Source: an uncultured Planctomycetales bacterium
GTDB taxonomy: Bacteria > Omnitrophota > Gorgyraeia > Gygaellales > Profunditerraquicolaceae
Length of the DNA: 64,000 nt
Reading direction: 5' to 3'
Assembly (NCBI GenBank): GCA_964354585.1
Contig: CAYHAI010000052.1
Span: forward strand, 6,283 to 70,282
Positions 53,070-61,358 of the stretch are shown piece by piece. The translations under genes and the position numbers were made by a program. Under the pieces are notes generated by a model. It did no database searches and was not told the origin of the DNA. It was given only the letters and a program-made list of their open reading frames with translations. The stretch's first letter is position 1. Each line of letters begins with the position of its first letter.

Positions 53070-53435
53070 TTAATAATCCTGTTTTTGATAATCCCCGCTC
53101 GCCTGCTTTGTTCTACGGATAGTATCCCGCGTGACACTGCCTTCCTTAGTCATATCTTCTGTTTTAGCATCTTCAAGCACGGCCTGCGTGGATTTACTGG
53201 ATAAATTTCCCATCTCATATTGTCCGGATGCAGTGGCTGCGGTATTACTAATACTCGCCCAATCCCCACTTCCGGTAAGACCAGTATAAAAATCATCTCC
53301 GGCATCTTTAGACCTTGCTTGCATGCCCCTTTTGACATAGGTTTGTATCCCTATGGCTGCTGCGATGACTAGACCAATAAGAATAGCGTATTCCGCGGTA
53401 TTCTGGCCTTTCTTATTTCTTAAGATTCTCAACAT
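53070..53435 (-). CDS. Flp-family pilin paralog 6. The track ORF extends to 53474, but the likely start is ATG 53435 behind AGGAGGTG.
   Basis: MLRILRNKKGQNTAEYAILIGLVIAAAIGIQTYVKRGMQ. The SD AGGAGG lies 7 nt upstream of ATG 53435. Confidence 0.6.
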   Translation of the reverse strand: MLRILRNKKGQNTAEYAILIGLVIAAAIGIQTYVKRGMQARSKDAGDDFYTGLTGSGDWASISNTAATASGQYEMGNLSSKSTQAVLEDAKTEDMTKEGSVTRDTIRRTKQASGDYQKQDY

Positions 53436-53484
53436 ATTTTCACCTCCTAAATTATTCACCTGTTCCGCTGCCACCTGACTAAGG

Positions 53485-53664
53485 TTACTTTGGCACTACT
53501 TTATCTGCGGCTTTACCAATCGCGCTATTGGCATTGTTTAAAGATGCCTGGACTGCTGGCTTAATCCAGGTTGCTGCGGCATAAATAATTAAGCCGACAA
53601 TCGCGGTCAAGATGAGTAAATATTCCAATGTGCTCTGGCCGTTTTTCTTTAAAGATTTTACCAT
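53485..53664 (-). CDS. flp: Flp pilin paralog 7 (59 aa, below the track cut-off)
   Basis: Manual translation: MVKSLKKNGQSTLEYLLILTAIVGLIIYAAATWIKPAVQASLNNANSAIGKAADKVVPK. This has classic Flp length and the G/QSTLEY motif. Confidence 0.6.
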   Translation of the reverse strand: MVKSLKKNGQSTLEYLLILTAIVGLIIYAAATWIKPAVQASLNNANSAIGKAADKVVPK

Positions 53665-53679
53665 ATCAGCTTCACCCCC

Positions 53680-53877
53680 TTATTTTACCATATCTGCTAC
53701 TTTACCTGAATCTGTTTGTATCCTATCTCCTGCCTGTTTCATTAATTTCCCCACTCCACCTTCACCTGTCGGCTCTTTTTTCCCTAATATAACTGCGAGA
53801 GCAACTACTGCCGCAATTATTGCGGTAAAAACAATTACGTATTCCAATGTACCCTGGGCTTTTTTCTTTCTCAACAT
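53680..53877 (-). CDS. flp: Flp pilin paralog 8 (65 aa)
   Basis: MLRKKKAQGTLEYVIVFTAIIAAVVALAVILG... Confidence 0.6.
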   Translation of the reverse strand: MLRKKKAQGTLEYVIVFTAIIAAVVALAVILGKKEPTGEGGVGKLMKQAGDRIQTDSGKVADMVK

Positions 53878-53892
53878 ATTTTCACCCCCCTA

Positions 53893-54063
53893 TTATGGTT
53901 GTGGTTCAGCATTAATTTGGTCTTCTACCAGCTTTAAGTTTGCCTGCACTGAACGCTGGACATAGACATTCATCGCCATTAAAGCCGCAGCCACCACGGA
54001 AATAATCAGCGCGTATTCCAAAACACTCTGGCCGCGCCTGGTGGTTATTTTGCCCAACTTCAT
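53893..54063 (-). CDS. flp: Flp pilin paralog 9 (56 aa, below the track cut-off)
   Basis: Manual translation: MKLGKITTRRGQSVLEYALIISVVAAALMAMNVYVQRSVQANLKLVEDQINAEPQP. The SD GAAGGAG lies upstream. Confidence 0.55.
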   Translation of the reverse strand: MKLGKITTRRGQSVLEYALIISVVAAALMAMNVYVQRSVQANLKLVEDQINAEPQP

Positions 54064-54075
54064 CTTCCTCTCCTT

Positions 54076-54291
54076 CTATTTATTTGCCAAGTTTAACCCG
54101 CTGGTTCCTATCGCCTTTTGGAAAAACCCCTTTGTCTTACTATTGCCTTGCAGCGTCCTTTGTATCACCGGTAAAAAAGAACTGAAAGATAAGATAACCA
54201 AAAGCGCAACTACACTAAAAATTATAAAATATTCCAAAGAAGCTTGGCCTTTTTTACTTTTATTTATTTTTAAGGACTTTATAAAAGTCAT
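54076..54291 (-). CDS. flp: Flp pilin paralog 10 (71 aa), first gene of the pilin array
   Basis: MTFIKSLKINKSKKGQASLEYFIIFSVVALLVILSF... Confidence 0.6.
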   Translation of the reverse strand: MTFIKSLKINKSKKGQASLEYFIIFSVVALLVILSFSSFLPVIQRTLQGNSKTKGFFQKAIGTSGLNLANK

Positions 54292-54306
54292 AATTAACCT
54301 CTAAAT

Positions 54307-54339
54307 TAAATAAAAAACCGAAAACCTAAACGGCTTTCG
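54307..54339 (-). terminator. Intrinsic terminator (CCGAAA-11 nt loop-UUUCGG + UUUUUUAUUU) immediately upstream of the pilin array
   Basis: Hairpin at plus 54317-54339, with a minus-strand U-tract at 54307-54316. Confidence 0.4.
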
Positions 54340-54378
54340 GTAACCCGGCTAATGTTCTCGCTTTGACCCTTAAGCACT

Positions 54379-54405
54379 GGGACTGTCCCCGCAGGGGACT
54401 GTCCC
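54379..54405. repeat. Palindromic element: two GGGACTGTCCC units separated by 5 nt
   Basis: GGGACTGTCCCCGCAGGGGACTGTCCC seen directly. The same unit pair occurs in the giant gene at 44095-44130 and 44291-44326. Confidence 0.7.
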
Positions 54406-54557
54406 TAAATTACTGGCGAGCATCATCCCGTGGCTTTGCGCAGCAGGAACCTCCATTCCCACCTTGCGTTTTCGTTGCCGCCCTACAATTGCACTTAAAA
54501 TATAACATCTGTAATCGTGAATGTCAAGAATATTTTACCCTTCTCCAGAAACCGCTT

Positions 54558-54620
54558 TCCCAGGGACGTCTTTTAACCCAATCGAGGGACGTCTTTGGAA
54601 CCAATCGGAAGGGTGTCCCC
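54558..54620 (+). repeat. REP-like element copy 1 (AGGGACGTCTTT x2 ... AAGGGTGTCCCC)
   Basis: Near-identical copies occur at 56527-56593 (direct), 57146-57184 (inverted) and 57538-57606 (inverted). Confidence 0.7.
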
Positions 54621-54742
54621 TAAAACTTAGTAATAAGACTTACCACCTACGAGGTGGAATACTCTTCTTTCCACCTTGAGGTGGAATAGGTAGAATTTTA
54701 AAAGAGACTTAATAATAAGAAATGTCCGATCTGAAGATTTAC

Positions 54743-54771
54743 TTGACATTGGACATTTCTTATGTTATATT
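54743..54771 (+). promoter_or_regulatory. Consensus sigma70 promoter TTGACA-17-TATATT, overlapping an inverted repeat ATTGGACATTT / AAATGTCCAAT (operator-like)
   Basis: -35 at 54743-54748 and -10 at 54766-54771. The inverted-repeat arms lie at about 54749-54759 and 54786-54796. Confidence 0.5.
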
Positions 54772-54815
54772 TAAATCGAGATGATAAATGTCCAATCTAT
54801 AAAAATGGGCGAAAA

Positions 54816-56525
54816 ATGGGCGTAATTTATAAATTAAAACCCGAAATTAAAAACTGGCTATTAGAAAGAAAACGGACTAACCCGGTTTTAAGTTGCCGCG
54901 GCCTAGTCTCTCTACTGGAAGAGGAATTTAAAATAAAGGTTTCCAAATCTAGTGTTAACTGCTTGGTTAAAGAAGCTGGCCTGAGTATGCCCATAGGAAG
55001 AAGGCAGAAAAAAAGAAGGCGCCAGGTTCCTGCCGCAGTTCAGCCTCAACCAGAGCCAACCATAGAAATACCCCTTCAACTACCTGCGCCAACTCAGCCA
55101 GAACCAGCCTTAGAGGCGCCTATTGAACCTCAGCCGGAAATGCCTAAAGAAACACCTACACCACCTCAGCTAGAAGTGCCTATAGAAACTCCACCATCAG
55201 AAACACCTATGTCCATTCCGCCAGAATTACCGATACAGACATCCCTGCAAATACCGGACGAAATTCTGCAAAAAATGCTCTCGTCGGGTATAATTTTGCT
55301 GAAGGCAGCGGATTATTTAATCGGTGGCAGCTACCTTATTCAGGAAACGATGAAAAAACACCTAAACCTGCGCGATAAAAATCTGTTAGATAAAATAGAA
55401 TGTTTAATCTATGCGCCCTTGTTGGGGATACCTGAAGAACTGTCCAAGACATATCTTAATGAATTACAAGGGGCAGAATCAATAGCCCAAGAGATATTGC
55501 GGGTTTTATCCGGCATATTAACCGAGATACGTTGTCTCAAAGTCCTTTTAGCCGATGGAGATGCTTTATATTTAGATGGCCAATTTCATACCATCTGGTC
55601 AGTGCCCAATATTCCCTATGATTTTGTAAACACTATCTACAATATAAAAAATTATATAACCAAATCCTTCTACAAAGATGAGCCCCTTACCCTTTTGATG
55701 GCTCCGGGTTACGATACGCCTACCATGGAATTCTTCAATTTCATTTTAAGTTTCGGGGGCAGGATGAAAAACATTACTAGACTTAGTATCGATGACAATA
55801 AATCGCAGGAGTTGGAGTCCACGCCCTTAGAGCAGAATAAAAAACGCTCCTTCGTATTGGGGCTTTGGCCCTGGCAGTTTGTAGAATATCGCCGGGTTAA
55901 GAAAATAGGGGATTTTAAGCCCTTTTATTTCCAGGCGCAGGGGAAAAACTTCTATCTGGCCGATATAGAGATTGAATTATCTTGGCCCAACAAATATCAA
56001 TCAATTACATTTTCCGGTTGCGCCTTGAAAACAAATCTCGCTGAAAAAACGCGTTTGATTATAATAAGTAACCTTGCTGGAGAGTTAGCCAAGCCCGAAT
56101 ATCTGGCGAATACCTATCTTAGCCGCTGGCCAAATTTAGAAGAAGCATTCCAAGATTTTAGTCATAAAGTTGAACTCTTTACCTATACTGCTGACTCCCA
56201 GGGCTTCTTTTTTGTAGAGAAGTTGAATTTGAACCAAGACACATCCGGCATAAAACAATTGCTTGACTGGTATCTTGGGGTATTAGATTTATATGTTAAA
56301 TGGCACTTCCTCCCCTCTGAATATACAGGCAAAGACTTATTGACCCTCAAAGAGGGGTTTTACGACCTTAAGGTAGTTTTCCAACCGCAAAAAGAGCATG
56401 CCTTAGCAACCTTCCAACCACCTTCGGGATTCCGCTCCCTAAATGCGCTGGAATACGCCTGCCGCAGGCTAAACGAAAGAGAAATTATCCTTACCGACGG
56501 CAAGCGCCTCTGGTTCTCCCCCTAA
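54816..56525 (+). CDS. Putative transposase: N-terminal HTH, Pro-rich linker, C-terminal DDE-type domain with an RW...E...F...K motif. The track ORF starts at 54762, but the first ATG lies in the promoter spacer, so the start is probably 54816.
   Basis: MGVIYKLKPEIKNWLLERKRTNPVLSCRGLVSLLEEEFKIKVSKSSVNCLVKEAGL is HTH-like. A PQPEP-type proline linker follows. YLSRWPNLEEAFQDFSHK resembles the Y-R-W-E-F-K signature of IS4/IS701-like DDE transposases. The gene is flanked by direct REP-like copies. Confidence 0.5.
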   Translation: MGVIYKLKPEIKNWLLERKRTNPVLSCRGLVSLLEEEFKIKVSKSSVNCLVKEAGLSMPIGRRQKKRRRQVPAAVQPQPEPTIEIPLQLPAPTQPEPALEAPIEPQPEMPKETPTPPQLEVPIETPPSETPMSIPPELPIQTSLQIPDEILQKMLSSGIILLKAADYLIGGSYLIQETMKKHLNLRDKNLLDKIECLIYAPLLGIPEELSKTYLNELQGAESIAQEILRVLSGILTEIRCLKVLLADGDALYLDGQFHTIWSVPNIPYDFVNTIYNIKNYITKSFYKDEPLTLLMAPGYDTPTMEFFNFILSFGGRMKNITRLSIDDNKSQELESTPLEQNKKRSFVLGLWPWQFVEYRRVKKIGDFKPFYFQAQGKNFYLADIEIELSWPNKYQSITFSGCALKTNLAEKTRLIIISNLAGELAKPEYLANTYLSRWPNLEEAFQDFSHKVELFTYTADSQGFFFVEKLNLNQDTSGIKQLLDWYLGVLDLYVKWHFLPSEYTGKDLLTLKEGFYDLKVVFQPQKEHALATFQPPSGFRSLNALEYACRRLNEREIILTDGKRLWFSP

Positions 56526-56526
56526 T

Positions 56527-56593
56527 TCCCCAGGGACGTCTTTTCACCCAATTGAGGGACGTCTTTGAATCTAAAGCAAAGGGTGTCCCTCCT
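56527..56593 (+). repeat. REP-like element copy 2
   Basis: CCCCAGGGACGTCTTTTCACCCAATTGAGGGACGTCTTTG...AAAGGGTGTCCC. Confidence 0.7.
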
Positions 56594-56663
56594 CCAATTT
56601 TTTAGAAAAATTTTTGTTAGATTTAGGGGGTCATTACGTCTATTGGTATAGGAGGTAATAAAT

Positions 56664-57146
56664 ATGTCAAGGGGAGCAAGATTAACTTTAGACAACGCCT
56701 CTTATCATATCATGGTAAGAGGAAACCAGAAACAAGTTACTTTTATTGAAGAAACAGATTTCCTAAAATATCTTGAACTATTAAAACACTATAAAAAGAA
56801 ATATAAGTTTAAATTGTACGGGTATTGTTTAATGCCTAACCATATACATCTAATAATCGATATCGAGAAAGGGTCTGACGTGGCTAAGATTATGCAAGGA
56901 TTAAATCAAACATACACAATCTGGTTCAATGAAAAATATAAAAAAGTGGGCCATCTATGGCAAGGAAGATACAAAAGTATGCTTATCCAGAAAAATAAAT
57001 ATATGCTTGAATGCATAGAATATGTAGAATTTAATCCTATTAGAGCAAACATAAGCAAATCTCCTTTTGAATATCGTTGGAGCAGCTGGCAAGAACGCCT
57101 GGGTTGCAAGGAAAATACCCTACTGAACTTACCCCAATTAACTTAA
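56664..57146 (+). CDS. tnpA: REP-associated tyrosine transposase (RAYT) / IS200-like HuH transposase TnpA
   Basis: 160 aa with the HuH motif LMPNHIHLII and a downstream catalytic-Tyr region (FEYRWSSWQ). It has a strong SD GGAGGT and is flanked by inverted REP-like copies 2 and 3. Confidence 0.75.
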   Translation: MSRGARLTLDNASYHIMVRGNQKQVTFIEETDFLKYLELLKHYKKKYKFKLYGYCLMPNHIHLIIDIEKGSDVAKIMQGLNQTYTIWFNEKYKKVGHLWQGRYKSMLIQKNKYMLECIEYVEFNPIRANISKSPFEYRWSSWQERLGCKENTLLNLPQLT

Positions 57147-57184
57147 GGGGGGATACCCTTCCGATTGGTTCCAAAGACGTCCCT
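57146..57184 (-). repeat. REP-like element copy 3 (inverted relative to copy 2)
   Basis: GGGGGGATACCCTTCCGATTGGTTCCAAAGACGTCCCT is the reverse complement of the second half of copy 1. Confidence 0.7.
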
Positions 57185-57186
57185 AT

Positions 57187-57564
57187 TTATTCTATGAGGA
57201 GGGTATCATTTTGGCAGGTGGAGGTTGATTGAATAATACCTGGGGGTAATTCAATAGCAAAAGCAGCATTAAAATATGCACAGGTAATACAGAATGGCCT
57301 TAAAGAGGTTATGGTTTTTATGACCCGGCTGTTTTTATCCACGAATAAGACATCTATAGGAAAGCGCATAAAAAAGGTATGTATGGAATTGCATGGCCTT
57401 AAGATAAGCGCCTGGCTCGGTTTAAATTCCTTTCTACCCAAAAGGCCTTTCATTCTTTTAAAAAGACTGTTAGCGATTATGGCTTCTTCGGCTAAAATAG
57501 TATTTTGGGTTTTATTAATTATCTTCATTCTTTCTTTGGGGGACACCCTTCCGATTAGTTCCAA
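57187..57564 (-). CDS. DUF192-family protein (COG1430-like)
   Basis: Motifs FKRMKGLLGR...LILRPCNSIHTFFMRFPIDVLFVDKNSRV match the DUF192 pattern. Confidence 0.5.
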   Translation of the reverse strand: MELIGRVSPKERMKIINKTQNTILAEEAIIANSLFKRMKGLLGRKEFKPSQALILRPCNSIHTFFMRFPIDVLFVDKNSRVIKTITSLRPFCITCAYFNAAFAIELPPGIIQSTSTCQNDTLLIE

Positions 57565-57606
57565 AGACGTCCCTCGATTGGATGGAAAGACGTCCCTAGG
57601 GGGATT
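57538..57606 (-). repeat. REP-like element copy 4 (overlaps the cpaF stop codon)
   Basis: Reverse complement is cccccTAGGGACGTCTTTCCATCCAATCGAGGGACGTCTTTGGAACTAATCGGAAGGGTGTCC. Confidence 0.7.
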
Positions 57607-59752
57607 TGAAGATACCTTCGGGGAGAGAGATACCTTTTATTCTGATCTCTTCAATAAAAGAAGGCACATAGCCTGTGGCTGCAAAATCTCCTAATACATT
57701 GCCTTGACCGTCAATGCCGCTTTGCTTAAACGCGAAGATATCCCTCAGGTCAATATGGATTTCGTCTTTCATCCCCGCCACTTCGGTTATCTGTAAAACC
57801 TTGCGGCTTCCGTCGGAGAGCCGGGCAGTATGGACGATTAGATCTACGGCAGAGGCAGTCATCTCGCGGATCGCCCTGATGGGAAGCTCAATGCCGGACA
57901 TTAAAATCATTGAATCAAGCCTCATCAAAACATCGTGCGTAGAGTTGGCGTGGACAGTAGTCATTGAGCCATCGTGGCCGGTATTCATTGCCTGCAACAT
58001 ATCCAGCGTCTCGATACTGCGGCATTCGCCAATAATAATCCTGTCCGGCCTCATCCTTAAGGTGTTGCGGAAAAGATCCTTAATAGTCACCGCGCCCCTG
58101 CCTTCAATATTGGGAGGCCGGGATTCCAGCCTTATCCAATGTTCCTGATGCAATTTTAACTCCGCGGCGTCCTCAATAGTCACAATGCGTTCATTCTCAG
58201 GAATAAAAGCGGAAAGGACATTCAGCAGGGTGGTCTTGCCGCTACCGGTGCCGCCGGAAACAATAATATTTTTTCTGGCTAATACGCAGGCCTTAATAAA
58301 ATCCGCCATCGGCAAATTTAAAGTCTTCAGCCCCACTAACTCTTCAATCTTAAAACGCTCTTTGCGGAATTTTCTGATGGTGAGCGATGGCCCGGTTAAA
58401 GAAAGAGGCGGGATAATCGCATTTACGCGCGAACCGTCGGGGAGCCGGGCATCCACCATCGGCACAGACTCATCAATGCGCCTGCCGATAGGAGCAATAA
58501 TGCGTTCGATAACTGTCCTTACCTGCTCATTGGAAATAAACCTCTTGCTCGTCAGTTCAATCTTGCCGTTGCGCTCCACATATACTTCGTCTTTATTATT
58601 CACCATAATATCGGTTATCGTAGGCTCAGCCAATAAGTCCTCCAAAGGGCCTAACCCTAAGGCTTCATCCAGAATTTCTTTTACCAACTTTTTCCTTACC
58701 TCTTGCGAAGAAATAAAACTACCCGCCTCTTCTACCAAGAAATTCGTCACCATCATCTCTGCCCTGTCTTTTAACTCTTTGGTCTTTCTGGGGTCGCTGA
58801 ACACCTTCAAATCTAGCCTCTTCAGATTCAATTCGGCGATGAGGCGATTATGAATGCGGCGTTTAAGTATGAGTATTTCGTCTATCTCTTCGGGCGCCGC
58901 TGGCTCAACTAACGGCTCAATTAAACCCTGCCTTTGCCAAAAATCTCCGGTTTTTTCCAATGCTAATTCCTTAAGTTGTATTTCGTCTATTTCGCGGTGT
59001 TTAATAAATAAATCTTTATCTATGACTAGTTTATGGGCAAAGGTATTTAGGGAAGAGGCGATCTTTGTCCTTGGCTTATTAATCACCAGGGGGATGCGCA
59101 GATTTATTGACTCTCCCGCTGATTTTCCGTCGGAAGGTATCTGGGCAATAATATCCACTGCCAGGTTTACCTTGACCTCTTGCCAGCTAATACTAGCCAC
59201 AGATTCCGCCCGGTTAAGCACCACCTTAATCATCGCTAAAGGAAAATGTAAAGACTGCAACGTATCTAAGGCCCATTTAGTCTGGTATATAGAGAGTATA
59301 TCCGGCGTCACTACTAAAAGAATAAGATTTGCCTGATTCAAGATATTTATAAATAACTCGCTGAAGTTCCTGCCACCATCTATAATGATGTAATCATAAT
59401 GCTTATCCAATAAGGCAAAGACTTCTGTGATTTTCTCCGGCTTAAGATGGGGTGATTGTTGCGGCCTTAAAATTCCGGCTAAAAAGTCAATGTTTAAATC
59501 CGGGCTGTGCACCGCAAAATCATCTTTTTTAAACTGCTGGGGCTGCCTTTCAAGCAGAGAGATTAAATCTACCATTGCCTTTTGCGGTTTTAGATTTAAC
59601 ATCCTGGCCATATCACCGGCCACGTGGGTGTCTAAATCAATGACGCAGACGCGCTTAAATTCGCCCCTGCTTAAGGAAACCGCCAGATTAGCGGCAATGA
59701 GGGTTTTGCCCACACCGCCTTTTGTGCTAAATATGACGATTTTCTTGGCCAT
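57596..59752 (-). CDS. cpaF: Fused CpaE/TadZ-like ParA/MinD ATPase (N-terminal) + CpaF/TadA secretion ATPase (C-terminal)
   Basis: 718 aa. The N-terminus KIVIFSTKGGVGKTLIAANLAVSL carries a deviant Walker A of the ParA/MinD class. The C-terminal half has the T2SS-E/CpaF Walker A VSGGTGSGKTTLLN plus Asp/His boxes. Its start codon lies 3 nt after the secretin stop. Confidence 0.8.
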   Translation of the reverse strand: MAKKIVIFSTKGGVGKTLIAANLAVSLSRGEFKRVCVIDLDTHVAGDMARMLNLKPQKAMVDLISLLERQPQQFKKDDFAVHSPDLNIDFLAGILRPQQSPHLKPEKITEVFALLDKHYDYIIIDGGRNFSELFINILNQANLILLVVTPDILSIYQTKWALDTLQSLHFPLAMIKVVLNRAESVASISWQEVKVNLAVDIIAQIPSDGKSAGESINLRIPLVINKPRTKIASSLNTFAHKLVIDKDLFIKHREIDEIQLKELALEKTGDFWQRQGLIEPLVEPAAPEEIDEILILKRRIHNRLIAELNLKRLDLKVFSDPRKTKELKDRAEMMVTNFLVEEAGSFISSQEVRKKLVKEILDEALGLGPLEDLLAEPTITDIMVNNKDEVYVERNGKIELTSKRFISNEQVRTVIERIIAPIGRRIDESVPMVDARLPDGSRVNAIIPPLSLTGPSLTIRKFRKERFKIEELVGLKTLNLPMADFIKACVLARKNIIVSGGTGSGKTTLLNVLSAFIPENERIVTIEDAAELKLHQEHWIRLESRPPNIEGRGAVTIKDLFRNTLRMRPDRIIIGECRSIETLDMLQAMNTGHDGSMTTVHANSTHDVLMRLDSMILMSGIELPIRAIREMTASAVDLIVHTARLSDGSRKVLQITEVAGMKDEIHIDLRDIFAFKQSGIDGQGNVLGDFAATGYVPSFIEEIRIKGISLPEGIFKSP

Positions 59753-59755
59753 CTT

Positions 59756-61348
59756 TTAATCTAAACGATAGATTATGGGAACCTCTATCCAGAGTTCCTG
59801 CTGGTCTATAGAGGAAGGAAAGGGTGGATAAGGAGAAATATTTTTTGCCGCAGAAACCGCATTATCATCCAGGACCTGATAACCCGAAGAATCTTTAACC
59901 ATCGCCTCTAAAAGCTCGCCGCGATAAGAAAGGCGCAGCTTCAGCCTTACCGTTCCCTGAAAACCCGCTTCTTTGGCTGGGCGAGGATAAGTCAAATTTT
60001 CTAAGATGCGTTTTTGCACCAACCGGGCGTATCCTGTTGCCGGCGTAGAAGTGTCTTCAACAATGGCGGGAGAAACTATTTCTGGTTTTATTTGTTTTTC
60101 TGCTTGGGCTAATTCTTTTTTCTCGCTGACTATGGTGGGGGTAAGGGCAATAAATAATTCGGTGTTGCCGCGTTCGCCTTGGCCACCGCCTAATTTAGTA
60201 ACCTTTTGCCTAAAAAATAAACCTAAGACCGGCACGTCGGCTAACCAAGGAACTTTACGCAGGTCCTCTTCGGTCTTTTGCTTGATTAAACCGCCTATGG
60301 CTATGGTCTGGCCGTCATTAATATAAAGTTCGGTAGAGGCGCTGCGTTTAGTCAAAGGATATGCCCTGGCAGTAGTCTCTGTGGCCGAACCAATAGTCTC
60401 GGCTGTGCCTACCTCGCTTACTTCCACATCTACGCCTAACTTGATGCGCTTCTCTTCGTTTACCGTGGGCCTTATCTTTAGCTTTATGCCGTATTCTTTG
60501 TATTCCACGGTGCTGGAAGTTGAGCCTCCCTCGCTAGTAGAGGTAGTGAAAATCGGCTTCTCTCCGCCCACTAATAATTGCGCTTCTTTGCCGCTTTGAC
60601 AAGCCAGCCGCGGCCGGGAGAGAACGCGCGCTTTACCTTCCTGAATTAAAGCATCTAACTTCAAGGTAAAGGCAGCCCGCGTTTCGTTTACTACTCGGAA
60701 TATTTTTGACCATGTGGTACCAGCAATAGCAGGAGAACCGCTTTCGGTAAGGGCAATGCTACCCGGCCAGGTAAAACCTAAAGTATCCGTGGCGTCTTTG
60801 CTAAGCTCTAAAACCTGCACATCAATATCCACTACTGCCTCTTCTTCTTTTATCACCAGAAGGTCAACAATTTTGTCTTTAAGCGTTCCTAAGGCAGTGT
60901 TAATCCTTTCTCTCTCTTGAGGCGTTTTGACATTACCCATGAGAATAACTTTATTCTCTTCGTCTACTGCCTTCGTGTATACCCCAGAAAGATTAAGACT
61001 ACTTAATATATTATCCACGCGGCGCTTAATTTCTTGCATATCCTCGGCAAAGACTTTTACCCGATAAGACTGCTCGCCAAAATTATCCCAAAAGACCAAC
61101 GTAGTTACCCCTGCCGATTTCGGGGCAAGGGTGATTTCGCTGGTCGTTACATTTATTACATCGGCAATGCTGGGGTTGCCGATAGCAATGCGCCGCGGCT
61201 GGCTGACCGGGATAATTTTAACCTCGCCCATATATAGCTCTAATTCCTCTTGCGCCGGGGAGGCCGCTTCATTTAAGGCATAATTATCGGCGGGAAACAC
61301 CAGAAAACCTGCAATCATTAAAGAAGTTATTAAGAAAATTTTTCTCAT
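59756..61348 (-). CDS. cpaC: CpaC/RcpA-type secretin with a C-terminal TonB_C-like domain
   Basis: Signal peptide MRKIFLITSLMIAGFLVFPA. Secretin signature VPWLADVPVLGLFFR...ELFIALTPTIV. A C-terminal extension follows: YPRPAKEAGFQGTVRLKLRLSYRGELLEAMVKDSSGYQVLDDNAVSAAKNISPYPPFP, matching the TonB C-terminal domain pattern. Confidence 0.75.
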   Translation of the reverse strand: MRKIFLITSLMIAGFLVFPADNYALNEAASPAQEELELYMGEVKIIPVSQPRRIAIGNPSIADVINVTTSEITLAPKSAGVTTLVFWDNFGEQSYRVKVFAEDMQEIKRRVDNILSSLNLSGVYTKAVDEENKVILMGNVKTPQERERINTALGTLKDKIVDLLVIKEEEAVVDIDVQVLELSKDATDTLGFTWPGSIALTESGSPAIAGTTWSKIFRVVNETRAAFTLKLDALIQEGKARVLSRPRLACQSGKEAQLLVGGEKPIFTTSTSEGGSTSSTVEYKEYGIKLKIRPTVNEEKRIKLGVDVEVSEVGTAETIGSATETTARAYPLTKRSASTELYINDGQTIAIGGLIKQKTEEDLRKVPWLADVPVLGLFFRQKVTKLGGGQGERGNTELFIALTPTIVSEKKELAQAEKQIKPEIVSPAIVEDTSTPATGYARLVQKRILENLTYPRPAKEAGFQGTVRLKLRLSYRGELLEAMVKDSSGYQVLDDNAVSAAKNISPYPPFPSSIDQQELWIEVPIIYRLD

Positions 61349-61358
61349 CTATCTCCTT

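Noticed and set aside
54762-54815. Track start codon ATG 54762 for the transposase-like ORF
   Set aside because: This ATG lies inside the spacer of the TTGACA-17-TATATT promoter, so it cannot be translated from that transcript. The in-frame ATG at 54816 is the plausible start.
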